This document shows, one piece after another, positions 9,046 through 19,005 of a DNA stretch of 64,000 nucleotides (its first letter is position 1; each line of letters begins with the position of its first letter). Made by a program: the position numbers and the translations under genes. The stretch spans positions 8,943-72,942 of the forward strand of contig CAZCME010000001.1 of assembly GCA_964499705.1 (NCBI GenBank), written 5' to 3'. Source of the stretch: an uncultured bacterium. Lineage in GTDB: Bacteria; UBA8481. The notes under the pieces were generated by a model. The model searched no databases and was not told the origin of the DNA. It saw nothing but the letters and a program-made list of their open reading frames with translations.

Positions 9046-12000
9046 TTAATATTCGATTTCGAGCTCCGCAGGCAGGGACTTCACCGCGATGGTCGTCTCC
9101 GTGAACTGCCCGTGGGTTTTTCCGTTTATCTTGACGGATCGAATCGGCCGGTCGAGAGGAGACTGCACAACGATCCCCCCCGGAGGCCGCGCCGTGCCCG
9201 AGAGGCCGATCCGCACGCCGTCGCCCTCTCGCACCGCGGTGTAGTTGAGAATCCCCCAGTAGGTCGGCGCTTTCTCGATGCCGACTTTCTCCCCCGACTC
9301 CAGCCACTCCTGCGGAATTCCCGCGTTGACGACCAACGTCCGGTCCGCGTCGCGCTCGTATACGAACATGCTCCGCACCGCCTTGATGTAATCCGAACCG
9401 AGCCATGTGTGCGGCATGTCGCCAATCCAGCGGCCGGGCTTCGGGTCGCGGAAGACGATCTCCGACCAGTGATTCCAGTTCGACGGGCGCTGGTCCTGGA
9501 AGAAAAACCCGAGGAGCTTATGCGCGCGATCTTTCTTTCCCATCATGATGAACGATTGCGCGTTTCGGATCTCGTACGGTGTGTAAGCCTCGCCCCATTC
9601 GGCGCCGGGAACCAGGCGCTTCTCGAAATCCTTCCAGTATTTTTCGAAGGTGATGTTCAACGCGGGTTGCGGAAGATGATCGAGCTCGCCGCCGGGGAAG
9701 AGCGCGATGGAGGTCGCGGTGGCGTCGAAGTCGCCCAGGTCGACCGCGCCGGGGATGTGATCGATGTGGAACATCTTCTGCGACAGCTCGATGGAATCGA
9801 GGATGCACTTCCGGAAATCCTCCGATTCGTCACGATATTTTCGCGCGAGTTCTTTCTTCCCGAGAATTTCGCAGATGGCCGAGGCATCCTTCATGCCCTT
9901 CAAGCAGAGAAAATCGTCCCAGAGCGAAAAAACGGGCTTGGCGGAGTATCCCTCGTGGCTGATGGATTCCTCAACGAGGCCGTATCCGACCCGCTTGGCG
10001 TCGGCCCCGTTCTTGTATTCGTCCGTCTTCCGGCGGTTCCGCATCGCGATGATGAATTCCGCCGCCTTCCGGATCTCCTCGAAGTGCTGCTGCAGGAAAG
10101 CGCGGTCGCCGGTGAAACGGTAATATTGCATGAAGCCGTATATGAACTCGCCGTTGGAATCATTTTCCGGGACGCCGTCGGCTCCGCGGTCGTCCACGAC
10201 GCACGGGACGCGGCCGTCGGGGAAGAGGAACTTCGCGTACCAGGTCAGATACTCTCGGACTTCCTTCTGATTGTTCATCCTGAGAATCGCCGCGGATGTC
10301 AGGGCTCCGTCGCGGATCCAGGAACGGAGGTAGCTGCGGGAACCCGGCTGCATCCGGTAGCCGTCGCGGTTCAGGAAGATGTAGGCGAGATTGGATTTCA
10401 GGGTCTCGATGTATTTGTTCGCGCTCGGCGGAACGTGAAAGACGACGCGATCGAGCCGGTCGGCCCACCAGTCGATCTGAGTCTTCATCTTGTCTCCGAT
10501 AAGTTTCGCCGCCGCACCCGGAGCCTGGTTCGTCGCGAGCGAAGGCGAAGCCTTGTGGAAGGGGACCGCGAGATGGAAGACGGCTGACTCTCCGGGAGCG
10601 AGATCGAAGGGGTATTCGAGAACGCCGGATCCGTATCCGTCCTGGTCCGCGATGGACTGTTCCGCCGGCACGCGGCCCTCCTTCAGGAATTCGGTGATGT
10701 CGCCGGATGCGTAGGGCGCCGCGCCGAAGGCTTGCGGCCTGGAGAGAGGAAGCACGCGCTGGTCGTCATTGACGCGGACGATCGCGTTGTCGTACGCGAT
10801 GGACCGGATCTTCGCGGCGCCGCCGACCTGGTTCAGCTTCTGCCAGGGGGGATTCACCTGGAAGGGGCGGATCGCGAGAAAGAGCTTGCCGGCCGCCCTC
10901 TGTTCGGTCGAAGGGTTGGAGACGACGTAGGACGCATAGAGCGTCGATGCTCCAGCCTGGCCGTCGGAGAAGAGCCGGGTCGAGAGCCGCACGTCGTTAC
11001 AGCTCCACCGTACTTCCGGGATCGGAAGGTAACCGCGTTCGAGAAACTGCGATGTCGTCACGTCCGCCCATGTGACCAGACGTCCTCCGCCGGCGGTTCC
11101 GAGATAGAGAAAAGGCTCTATGGAGAATTGCTCGCGGTCGACTTCGAAAGCCCCCTCCTCGTTGAAGAGAGCCTCCTTGACATCCTCCGTGACTCCGACG
11201 ATCGTCCAGTAGGTCGCATCCTGTGAAAAATATTTCGGAAAATATCCTCGCGGCGCTTCCTCCGCCATGATCTCGTACGTCTTGTTCTGGTCGCCGCCGG
11301 CTTTCGCTCCCTTCAGTTCGAGCTCCCTGATTTCATATCCGCCTGAGCCTTCGAGACAGACGATCTTGATGTGTCGCGCTTCGCTCTCATGGAATACCAG
11401 CCGATCCCGCCCGCCGTTTCCGCGCCGGGTCGCGTAAACTTCCGTCCAGCTCTTTTCGTCGGATGACAGGTACACTTCATAGTTCTTCGCGAAAGATTCT
11501 CCCCAGTGGATGTGAAGACCTCCGATGTCGCGGTCGCGGCCGAGATCGAGCGCAAGCCATGGCTCCGCGCCGGGCGTGCTGGCGCCGCCCGCGCTCTGCC
11601 ACTGCGTATGCATGTCACCGTCGCGCGCATTCGAGGCGGGCGATTGCTCCGAGGAAGCGGAGAGCTTGAGCTCGTCTTCGAGCCCTTTCATGGAGATCTC
11701 GAAGATGGAGTTACCCCACTCCGTTCCGCGCTTCTTCGCGTCGATCTTGACATAGCGCGCCGAGCGTTTACCGAAATACAGATCGTCGATCCCGCCCGTG
11801 CCCGCCTCGGTGGAGTAGACGCGCGCCCATTCGCGCCGATCGGTCGAAACGAGAATGTCATAGACTTTCGCGTAGGCCGCTTCCCAGTGAATGACCATGC
11901 CGACGAAGTCGCGGGTTTCGCCGAGATCCAATTCGATCCATTGCGCATCCTTGTGCTCGCTCGCCCAGCGGGACCCTTTGTCACCGTCGACGGCCTTGGA

Positions 12001-12675
12001 GGCGTCGGCGTCCGGATTTTCCATGGAGGAGGCGGTGGCGATCATCTTGAACTTCGTCCTGGCCGAGGAGAGATCGACAAGCGTCAGCTCGTCGATCGCG
12101 ACCGTGCCGCTCCCGCCCTCCCCGCACGAGACGGCGAATTCCATCTTCGCGACGCGTGATGGAACGCCGCCTCCGGCCGGACCCCACGCGAACGCGATCT
12201 GGCTCTTGCGGACGGAGACTTTCGTCCATTCGGAGGGGAACTTGAAATTCTCGAAGCGCTTCCAGAACGTGTTGCCGTCCTTGTCGATGAGCTTGAACTC
12301 GAGCGTGTTGTCGGGGCTGTTCCCCTTCACAAAGAAGGTGAACTTGTAATCGTCGGGCAGGTCGAACGGAGCGTCCTTCGCGGCGACGACATACCCGGAG
12401 GGCGTGGGGAAGGCGAATTCGAACTGAAGAGCATTTCCCTTCGATCCGTCGCATGCGCCCAGTTTCAGGGCGACGCCCTGTGCCGAGAGCGGCGACCAGG
12501 ATCCGGCGTTTTCGAAATCGTCGACCACCGTCTCGACGGCCCGCGGAATCACCCGCTCCGCTTCGCCCGGTGTCGCCACGGTCTTACCGCACGCTCCAAT
12601 GCCGATCATGAGGCCGAAGGGGATCACCAGGAGAAAAACGCAAAACAATCGTGATGTAAGCGGTTTCATAAGCAT
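9046..12675 (-). CDS. lipoprotein with at least three F5/8 type C (discoidin) domains and a C-terminal six-hairpin (alpha/alpha)6 glycosidase-like domain
   Basis: Lipoprotein signal MLMKPLTSRLFCVFLLVIPFGLMIGIGAC with GGAG 9 nt upstream of ATG at 12675 (the track start at 12771 is probably too far upstream). Repeated discoidin motifs (..DGDKGSRWAS....QWIELDLGE...., ..NARDGDMHTQWQS...). C-terminal ..RSWIRDGALTSAAILRMNNQKEVREYL.. is typical of six-hairpin glycosidases. Confidence 0.7.
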   Translation of the reverse strand: MLMKPLTSRLFCVFLLVIPFGLMIGIGACGKTVATPGEAERVIPRAVETVVDDFENAGSWSPLSAQGVALKLGACDGSKGNALQFEFAFPTPSGYVVAAKDAPFDLPDDYKFTFFVKGNSPDNTLEFKLIDKDGNTFWKRFENFKFPSEWTKVSVRKSQIAFAWGPAGGGVPSRVAKMEFAVSCGEGGSGTVAIDELTLVDLSSARTKFKMIATASSMENPDADASKAVDGDKGSRWASEHKDAQWIELDLGETRDFVGMVIHWEAAYAKVYDILVSTDRREWARVYSTEAGTGGIDDLYFGKRSARYVKIDAKKRGTEWGNSIFEISMKGLEDELKLSASSEQSPASNARDGDMHTQWQSAGGASTPGAEPWLALDLGRDRDIGGLHIHWGESFAKNYEVYLSSDEKSWTEVYATRRGNGGRDRLVFHESEARHIKIVCLEGSGGYEIRELELKGAKAGGDQNKTYEIMAEEAPRGYFPKYFSQDATYWTIVGVTEDVKEALFNEEGAFEVDREQFSIEPFLYLGTAGGGRLVTWADVTTSQFLERGYLPIPEVRWSCNDVRLSTRLFSDGQAGASTLYASYVVSNPSTEQRAAGKLFLAIRPFQVNPPWQKLNQVGGAAKIRSIAYDNAIVRVNDDQRVLPLSRPQAFGAAPYASGDITEFLKEGRVPAEQSIADQDGYGSGVLEYPFDLAPGESAVFHLAVPFHKASPSLATNQAPGAAAKLIGDKMKTQIDWWADRLDRVVFHVPPSANKYIETLKSNLAYIFLNRDGYRMQPGSRSYLRSWIRDGALTSAAILRMNNQKEVREYLTWYAKFLFPDGRVPCVVDDRGADGVPENDSNGEFIYGFMQYYRFTGDRAFLQQHFEEIRKAAEFIIAMRNRRKTDEYKNGADAKRVGYGLVEESISHEGYSAKPVFSLWDDFLCLKGMKDASAICEILGKKELARKYRDESEDFRKCILDSIELSQKMFHIDHIPGAVDLGDFDATATSIALFPGGELDHLPQPALNITFEKYWKDFEKRLVPGAEWGEAYTPYEIRNAQSFIMMGKKDRAHKLLGFFFQDQRPSNWNHWSEIVFRDPKPGRWIGDMPHTWLGSDYIKAVRSMFVYERDADRTLVVNAGIPQEWLESGEKVGIEKAPTYWGILNYTAVREGDGVRIGLSGTARPPGGIVVQSPLDRPIRSVKINGKTHGQFTETTIAVKSLPAELEIEY

Positions 12676-12722
12676 AGTTATAATACTCCGGCCGCGAAAG
12701 AACAAGGGGTATTTAAAGGATT

Positions 12723-13554
12723 TTAGCCGCCGTCCCGGGAGATCGCGTAGGCCGTCAGCGCGGCCGCGCACATCAGGAATCCGAGCGCGGCGCCGAAAAG
12801 CCGGAGCGAAGTGTGCGCGACGGCGCGGAACTGGCTCGATCGGAGCGAATACTTCAGGGCTCCGCGCGCAAGAAATAAGCCCGTCATGCCGGAGTTGATG
12901 AAGGCGACGGATTGCGCCGCGAGAGCGACCAGCAGAAGCGAGGCGCGGGCGAAATTCTCCGGATCCACGATGAGGAGCGACTGCAGCGCCGCCGAGGCGC
13001 CCATGCCTCCGTGCCGGATGAGAATCGCCATGGCGATGCCCCAGAGCGATCCGGTCCAGGAAAGAATGAGCGCCATGCCGGCTTCCTTGTAGATCGCCGC
13101 GAGGAAGAAGGAGATTCCCGTGAGGACGACTCCGGAGAGAAATGCCTTGCCGAACATCTCGCCGAAGGGGAGGCCGTAATAGATGAGCTTGTTGAAGAAG
13201 ACGCCGTTGATCTGGAAGGAGAAGAGGTCGAGAACGACGGATTTCCTGATCGTGACCGCGAAGAGAAAGAAGGCTGCGACGATTCCGAAGAGCACGGTCA
13301 TGAGATTGACGACGAGTTCAGTGGAAGCGGCATAGGGCGTGCCCGCGTCGGGATTCCAGGAGATATCCCGGTGGCGCGCGAAGAACTCGCGCGTAAGTTC
13401 CACAAGCCCGAGCGCCGTCATGGCGACGCCGAGCGCGCCGATGAACTGGAGGGCCAGAATTTTGGATGCGATGATGCCAGCGAGGCTATAGCTCATGCTG
13501 AGCAGAAAGAGCATGGGCCTGGCAGGGACGTGCTGAACGCCGGCGATATCTTTC
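12723..13554 (-). CDS. hypothetical polytopic membrane protein
   Basis: Multiple hydrophobic helices (LFLLSMSYSLAGIIASKILALQFIGALGVAMTALGLV, LMTVLFGIVAAFFLFAVTI, VVLTGISFFLAAIY...). Start at ATG 13554 (MKDIAG) is chosen by protein logic; the upstream part of track ORF 12723..13973 looks non-coding. Start is uncertain. Confidence 0.45.
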
Positions 13555-13755
13555 ATGCATGGAGGAGACCAGATTGGTTGTGGAGTGTCAACGGTGAATA
13601 ACCTGTGGAATGAATTTTCGATAAAAAACCCCGCTTTCCATTGTTTTGCCTTGACATATAACTGCATAAATTGAAACTTTCGGAAATACATCGACGCAGG
13701 CCAAGGATGAAGCATTGAACGCAGAACGCAGGTTGAAGGTATGAGGAGAGAACAG

Positions 13756-15003
13756 ATGGCGTCGCAGAGACAGCGCACCGTAGTCGGCCTCGATATAGGC
13801 ACCACCAAGGTGTGCGCCATCATCGGAGAAATCGGGGACAACGGGATCATCGACATCGTCGGAGTCGGCCAGTCCCCTTCGGACGGTCTTAGGAAGGGCG
13901 TCGTCGTCAACCTGGAATCCACCGTCAAGTCCATCACCAAGGCCATCGAGGAAGCGGAACTGATGTCGGGCACGGAAGTCTCTTCCGTCTACGTCGGAAT
14001 CGCCGGCGGCCACATCAAGGGTATCAACTCCCGAGGCGTCATCGCGGTCTCCCGGGCCGACAAGGAGATCACGCAGCCCGATGTCGATCGTGTCATCGAC
14101 GCGGCCCGCGCCGTCTCCATTCCGATGGACCGCGAAGTCATCCATGTGCTGCCGCAGGAATTCACCGTCGACGACCAGGACGGGATCAAGGATCCGGTCG
14201 GAATGTCCGGCACGCGCCTCGAAGCCGAGGTTCACATCGTCACCGGCGCCGTCACATCCGCTCAGAACATCGTTCGCTCCGTCAATCGCGCCGGCTTCGA
14301 GGTGAACGACATCGTCCTCGAGCCTCTTGCTTCCTCCTTCGCGGTGCTGACGGAAGACGAAAAGGAGCTCGGCGTCGTTCTCGTCGACATCGGCGGCGGC
14401 ACGACCGACCTCGCGCTCTTCGTCGAGGGCGCCATCTGGCAGACGGAAGTTCTCGCCATCGGCGGCGGCAATGTCACCAAGGATATCTCCGTCGGCCTCC
14501 GGACTCCGATCGCCGAAGCGGAGCAGATCAAGTTGAAATACGGCTGCGCGATGACGGAGCTTGTGAAGGCGGACGAGGAGATCGAAGTGCCGTCCGTCGG
14601 AGGCCGGAAGGCCAAGGGACTGCCGCGAACGGTGCTGGCGGAGATCATCCAGCCGCGGATGGAGGAGATCTTCCTCCTGCTCTCCCGCGAGATCAAGAAA
14701 ACGGGTTACGAGGACCTCGTGGCGGGCGGTGTCGTCCTGACGGGTGGCGCGTCGGCGATGGAAGGGGTGCAGGAACTGGCGGAGCGGATTCTCGACATGC
14801 CCGTCCGCATCGGTTCCCCGAAGGGCATCTCCGGTCTCGTCGACGTCGTGAACTCGCCGGTCTTTGCCACGGGTGTGGGACTGGTTTTTTACGGCGCGAA
14901 GAATTTCGAGGACGGCGGAGCCCACACGCCGCGATTGCCGGCGGGCGACCTGTTCCGCGGAATCACGAACAGGATGAAGGAGTGGTTCGGGGAGTTTTTT
15001 TGA
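13756..15003 (+). CDS. ftsA: cell division protein FtsA
   Basis: Actin-like ATPase motifs (VVGLDIGTTKVCAIIGE..., ..VLVDIGGGTTDLALF.., ..VLTGGASAMEGVQELAERIL..). GAGGAG RBS 8 nt upstream of ATG 13756. Confidence 0.9.
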   Translation: MASQRQRTVVGLDIGTTKVCAIIGEIGDNGIIDIVGVGQSPSDGLRKGVVVNLESTVKSITKAIEEAELMSGTEVSSVYVGIAGGHIKGINSRGVIAVSRADKEITQPDVDRVIDAARAVSIPMDREVIHVLPQEFTVDDQDGIKDPVGMSGTRLEAEVHIVTGAVTSAQNIVRSVNRAGFEVNDIVLEPLASSFAVLTEDEKELGVVLVDIGGGTTDLALFVEGAIWQTEVLAIGGGNVTKDISVGLRTPIAEAEQIKLKYGCAMTELVKADEEIEVPSVGGRKAKGLPRTVLAEIIQPRMEEIFLLLSREIKKTGYEDLVAGGVVLTGGASAMEGVQELAERILDMPVRIGSPKGISGLVDVVNSPVFATGVGLVFYGAKNFEDGGAHTPRLPAGDLFRGITNRMKEWFGEFF

Positions 15004-15011
15004 CATTCGTT

Positions 15012-15070
15012 ATCAGTCGTTGTTCATTCGTCATTTTTCATTGAAAAATGACGAATGAACAACGACTGAT
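15012..15070. promoter_or_regulatory. perfect 29-bp inverted repeat (atcagtcgttgttcattcgtcatttttca / tgaaaaatgacgaatgaacaacgactgat) in the ftsA-ftsZ intergenic region
   Basis: Read directly from the sequence. The arms are exact reverse complements separated by about 1 nt. It lies 8 nt after the ftsA stop and about 128 nt before the ftsZ start. Confidence 0.6.
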
Positions 15071-15197
15071 GAACACTGGAAAAGGAGGTATGAAGTAACA
15101 GCAGTCAACGCGGCAGGACACACAGATACGAACGAAGCTTCGCTCCCGGTCATCGACCGGCGGCGACATCGAAGCAAAGAAAGTCGGAGGGTTTAAC

Positions 15198-16385
15198 GTG
15201 CCATTCACATTTGATCTGGCGGATGAGGTTACTCAACGCCCCACAGTCATCAAAGTCATCGGAGTCGGAGGCGGCGGCGGAAACGCGGTGGACAGGATGA
15301 TCCAGTCGCGCATGCGCGGCGTCGACTTCCTGATCGCCAACACCGATGCGCAAGTCATCCGCAAGTCCGTCTGCCCCACGAAGCTGGCCATCGGCCAGAA
15401 AGTGACGGCTGGACTGGGTTGCGGAGCGAATCCTGAAAACGGAAGGATGTCGGCCGAAGAGGATCGCGAAATAGTCAAGTCTCAGCTTGAAGGCGCGGAC
15501 ATGATCTTCGTCACCTGCGGCATGGGCGGCGGAACCGGTTCCGGAGCGGGTCCTGTCATCGCGGGCATCGCGAAGGAACTCGGCGCCTTGACCGTCGGCG
15601 TCGTCACGAAGCCGTTTCATTTCGAAGGTCGGCACCGGATGCGCCAGGCGGAAAACGCCATCGAGGAACTTCGCGCCAACGTCGACACCTTGATCGTCAT
15701 CCCCAATGAAAAGCTCCTCAATGTCGCGGAACGCCGGACAGGCGTGCGCGAGGCGTTCCGGATGGCGGACGATATTCTCCGCAAGGGCGTCCAGGGTATC
15801 TCGGACATCATCCTTGTCCCCGGGGAGATCAATGTCGACTTCGCCGATGTCAGGACGATCATGCAGGAACGCGGCGACGCGCTCATGGGCATGGGAGCCG
15901 GCCAGGGCGAGAAACGCGCCACGATCGCCGCCAACCAGGCGATCCAGTCGCCACTCCTCGATGACATTAACATCTCCGGAGCGACGGGCCTCTTGGTCAA
16001 CATCACCGGAGGTTCCGATCTTTCGCTTGCCGAAGTCAGCGACGCGATGGACATCATCACCGCCGCGTGCGACGAGGAGTGCAACATCATCTACGGCCAG
16101 GTGATCGACGAGAGCCTGAATGACGAGTGCCGGATCACGGTGATCGCGACGGGCTTCAACAAGAAGAAGGAGATCGTCAAGCACGCATCCCCCAACGTTC
16201 AGCCGATCCGCGCCGTGACCGCCGGCCGTGTCGTCCAGCCCGTGCCGGGTCCGTTCGTCCGCCGGCAGATGCCGGTGGCTCCGGAACCTGCCGTGGTCGA
16301 TGAGGTCGTGACGCGCCGGCAGATCGGCCGCGCCGAGGATCTCGATACGCCCACATTCCTGAGGTGGGGCCAGCAGGAACACTGA
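15198..16385 (+). CDS. ftsZ: cell division GTPase FtsZ
   Basis: Tubulin signature ([17 protein letters not shown]..., ..[19 protein letters not shown].., ..[11 protein letters not shown]..). GTG start. Confidence 0.92.
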   Translation: MPFTFDLADEVTQRPTVIKVIGVGGGGGNAVDRMIQSRMRGVDFLIANTDAQVIRKSVCPTKLAIGQKVTAGLGCGANPENGRMSAEEDREIVKSQLEGADMIFVTCGMGGGTGSGAGPVIAGIAKELGALTVGVVTKPFHFEGRHRMRQAENAIEELRANVDTLIVIPNEKLLNVAERRTGVREAFRMADDILRKGVQGISDIILVPGEINVDFADVRTIMQERGDALMGMGAGQGEKRATIAANQAIQSPLLDDINISGATGLLVNITGGSDLSLAEVSDAMDIITAACDEECNIIYGQVIDESLNDECRITVIATGFNKKKEIVKHASPNVQPIRAVTAGRVVQPVPGPFVRRQMPVAPEPAVVDEVVTRRQIGRAEDLDTPTFLRWGQQEH

Positions 16386-16419
16386 TTTCCCGGACGGTAA
16401 GATCGAATGGACACGTTTT

Positions 16420-16450
16420 CGCCCCGCACTTCGGTGCGGGGCGTTTGTCC
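16420..16450 (+). terminator. rho-independent terminator after ftsZ
   Basis: GC-rich hairpin cgccccgcac-ttcg-gtgcggggcg followed by TTTGT. Confidence 0.6.
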
Positions 16451-16504
16451 GGAGATCGAACATTAATTTTCGAAAAACGGCTTAACCCTTTACAATGAGT
16501 GCCC

Positions 16505-17593
16505 ATGCTTGACGACATTCTGAATTCCGCGGCCGCGCTCGGCGCGTCGGACATCCATTTCCATATCGGAGTCCAGCCCGTCGTGCGCCTGCACGGCGAC
16601 CTGACGCCCATGGAGAATTTTCCGGCCCTGTCGCCCGACCATCTGAAGGAACTGGCGGCGGCGATCTTCCGTCCCGGCCAGGCGACCGCGTTCGACCGCG
16701 GCGAGGAGATCGACACGAGCTATTCCCTGGCCGGTGTCGGGCGATTCCGGTGCAATATCTTCAAGCAGCGGGGAACGATCGGCATCGTCATGCGGCGCAT
16801 CTCCAACCACATACCGACGATCGATGAATTGAATCTTCCCGCCGGCGTCGAATACCTGACTCGTTATCAGCGCGGGCTCGTTCTCGTCACCGGTATGACC
16901 GGCTCCGGAAAGTCCACGACGCTCGCCGCCATGATCGGCCGCATCAACTCCACGCGCCGATGCCACATCGTGACGCTGGAGGATCCGATCGAATACCTGC
17001 ATCACGACAACATCAGCATCGTGACGCAGAGGGAGATCGGGCAGGATTCCATGGATTTCGCTCGTGCGCTCCGATCCGTCCTCCGGCAGGATCCCGACGT
17101 CATTCTCATCGGAGAAATGCGCGACGCGGAGACGATCAAGATCGCGCTCACCGCGGCGGAGACGGGCCACCTCGTCCTCTCCACGCTCCACACGACAACC
17201 GCGCCGCAGTCGATCGAGCGCATGCTGGAATATTTCCAGCCGGAAATGAGGCCGGTCATCCGGCAGCAGATGGCATTTCACCTGAGAGGAATCGTTTCGC
17301 AGAGGCTGCTGACGCGCCTCGACGGCCACGGCATGATTCCGGCCGTGGAGATCATGCTGATGAACCCGGTGGTCCAGAAGAAAGTCATCGAGGGCAAGAT
17401 CGGAATATTGAAGTCCGTCATTCACCAGGCGTCAAACGAAGGTATGCAGACGTTCGATCAGCATCTCGTCGCCCTGTATAACGCTCAGCTTGTTTCCTAC
17501 GAGGAAGCCCAGTCTCAATGCTCCAACCCGGATTCCTTCCCTCTGTATTGCCAGGGCTTCTTCTCCGATATCGTATCCGGCATGGAAGGCTAG
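16505..17593 (+). CDS. pilT: type IV pilus retraction ATPase PilT
   Basis: Walker A GMTGSGKSTTLAAMI. Conserved ..DPIEYLH.., ..ILIGEMRDAETIKIALTAAETGHLVLSTLHT.. Length ~360 aa (an alternative GTG start at 16499 is possible). Confidence 0.85.
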   Translation: MLDDILNSAAALGASDIHFHIGVQPVVRLHGDLTPMENFPALSPDHLKELAAAIFRPGQATAFDRGEEIDTSYSLAGVGRFRCNIFKQRGTIGIVMRRISNHIPTIDELNLPAGVEYLTRYQRGLVLVTGMTGSGKSTTLAAMIGRINSTRRCHIVTLEDPIEYLHHDNISIVTQREIGQDSMDFARALRSVLRQDPDVILIGEMRDAETIKIALTAAETGHLVLSTLHTTTAPQSIERMLEYFQPEMRPVIRQQMAFHLRGIVSQRLLTRLDGHGMIPAVEIMLMNPVVQKKVIEGKIGILKSVIHQASNEGMQTFDQHLVALYNAQLVSYEEAQSQCSNPDSFPLYCQGFFSDIVSGMEG

Positions 17594-17726
17594 ATTGACC
17601 ATCCGGAGGCCCGACCGTGCGATGGCGCGCACGATCGTGACGCGTGTGCGGAAGCATTCGCACCTGCGGCCGAGGTTGCGGATCGTTCCAGCGCGTGCGA
17701 ATCCTGGAATCACCCGCGACTTCGTG

Positions 17727-19004
17727 ATGCGCGCACTCCTGTACTGGTTCTTCGGCGGGATCGGAATCGGGATCGCCGTTCTCATTCTCGCGCAGGGCGC
17801 GGGCGCCGAGACGATCAAGCTTCCCGGGGCCAACGGAGTCCTGACGCCCGTGCCCGTCGTGTCCATAAAGGGGGCGCAGGCCGGAGATTATGTCGACGCG
17901 CGGGAGGTGGCGCGGATCCTCAGGGGAACCTACCAGTACAATCCCGCCACCAGGATCTTCGTCATCGATGCGCAGGGAAGAAAAACATCCTTCCTCGTGG
18001 GAAGCGAGCGATTCCTGATCCGCAAGACCGGCGTCGCTCCGGTCGCGGGCCGCGTCACGAAGCCGCCGATCCGGAACCGGGGACGAACGCTTATGCCCCG
18101 GACATCCGCATCCTCGTTTCTGAAGCAATTCAACAAGGCCGCGATGAAAACCATTCCGTCGAATCTCCTGGAGAATCTTCCGATTCCCATCAAGCCCGAC
18201 ACGAGGGCGACCTCCCCGGTTCCCGCTCCGTCCACCAACGCGACACCGGTGACGACGCCCGTTGCGATTGTGCCTGGTAACGCGCGCGTGGCGCCGTTTA
18301 TCCGCAATATCGTCATCGACGCGGGGCATGGAGACCAGGACGCCGGAGCCGTCGGACCGGGCGGGACGAAGGAGAAGGACGTCAACCTCGATGTTGCCGT
18401 GAAGCTCGCGGATTTTCTTTCGGCGCGGACCGCAGGCAAGGTGACGCTCACCAGGAAAGACGACACGTTTCTCTCCTTGAAGGAGCGAGTCGACCGCGCG
18501 AAGGGTGTTCATGCCGACCTCTTCATATCGGTCCACACGAATTCCTCCGGAGGCCGCAACCGTCGCCTGGCGACGGGTTCGGAAGTCTACTTCTTCTCCT
18601 CGCCGTCCGATGAGGACGCCCGTCGCGCGGAGAAACTGGAGGGCGGACCCTTCGATCCGAAGGCGGAAGGAATCGACCCGGTCCTGTGGGATCTCATGCT
18701 GGCCGGCAACGTCGTGGAATCGCACAAGCTCGCGGAAGCCGTGTCGGCGCGTCTCCCGAAAGCCGTCGGTCTTCCGAACCGCGGCGTCCGGTCGGCTCGC
18801 TTCTATGTCATGTACTACGGCGTCATGTCCAACATCCCGTCAATCCTCGTGGAGCTCGGCTTCGTCTCGAATCCCGACGAGGAACAGAAGCTCGCCGATC
18901 CGGAATGGCGGACGAAGGCTGCCGAAGCTATCGCGGGGGCGACCGTCGAATATCTCAAGGACCTGGAAAGGCGATACCCCGGAGGAAAAGGCTGGGTGAG
19001 GTAA
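17727..19004 (+). CDS. N-acetylmuramoyl-L-alanine amidase (Amidase_3, AmiC-like) with N-terminal signal/AMIN-like region
   Basis: Amidase_3 motifs (..IVIDAGHGDQDAGAVGPGGTKEKDVNLDVAVKLADFL.., ..ADLFISVHTNS.., ..VLVELGFVSNPDEE..). Signal-like MRALLYWFFGGIGIGIAVLILAQGAGA. Confidence 0.85.
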   Translation: MRALLYWFFGGIGIGIAVLILAQGAGAETIKLPGANGVLTPVPVVSIKGAQAGDYVDAREVARILRGTYQYNPATRIFVIDAQGRKTSFLVGSERFLIRKTGVAPVAGRVTKPPIRNRGRTLMPRTSASSFLKQFNKAAMKTIPSNLLENLPIPIKPDTRATSPVPAPSTNATPVTTPVAIVPGNARVAPFIRNIVIDAGHGDQDAGAVGPGGTKEKDVNLDVAVKLADFLSARTAGKVTLTRKDDTFLSLKERVDRAKGVHADLFISVHTNSSGGRNRRLATGSEVYFFSSPSDEDARRAEKLEGGPFDPKAEGIDPVLWDLMLAGNVVESHKLAEAVSARLPKAVGLPNRGVRSARFYVMYYGVMSNIPSILVELGFVSNPDEEQKLADPEWRTKAAEAIAGATVEYLKDLERRYPGGKGWVR

Positions 19005-19005
19005 A

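Noticed and set aside
9031-10587. 518-aa plus-strand ORF overlapping the discoidin/six-hairpin lipoprotein gene
   Set aside because: Antisense to a gene with lipoprotein signal, RBS and discoidin motifs. No domain content of its own.
12912-13601. 229-aa acidic (D/E-rich) plus-strand ORF
   Set aside because: Antisense to a hydrophobic polytopic membrane protein ORF whose TM helices are evident. Low-complexity.
13565-13755. Possible sigma70-type promoter (TTGACA at about 13650) in the divergent region upstream of ftsA
   Set aside because: The -10 element spacing is poor (no good TATAAT at 16-18 bp). Kept only as a weak possibility and not listed as a feature.
13588-17425. Minus-strand ORFs 13588..15006, 15150..16463 and 16490..17425
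   Set aside because: They are antisense to ftsA, ftsZ and pilT, which carry unmistakable family motifs. The antisense translations are low-complexity R/D/G-rich.
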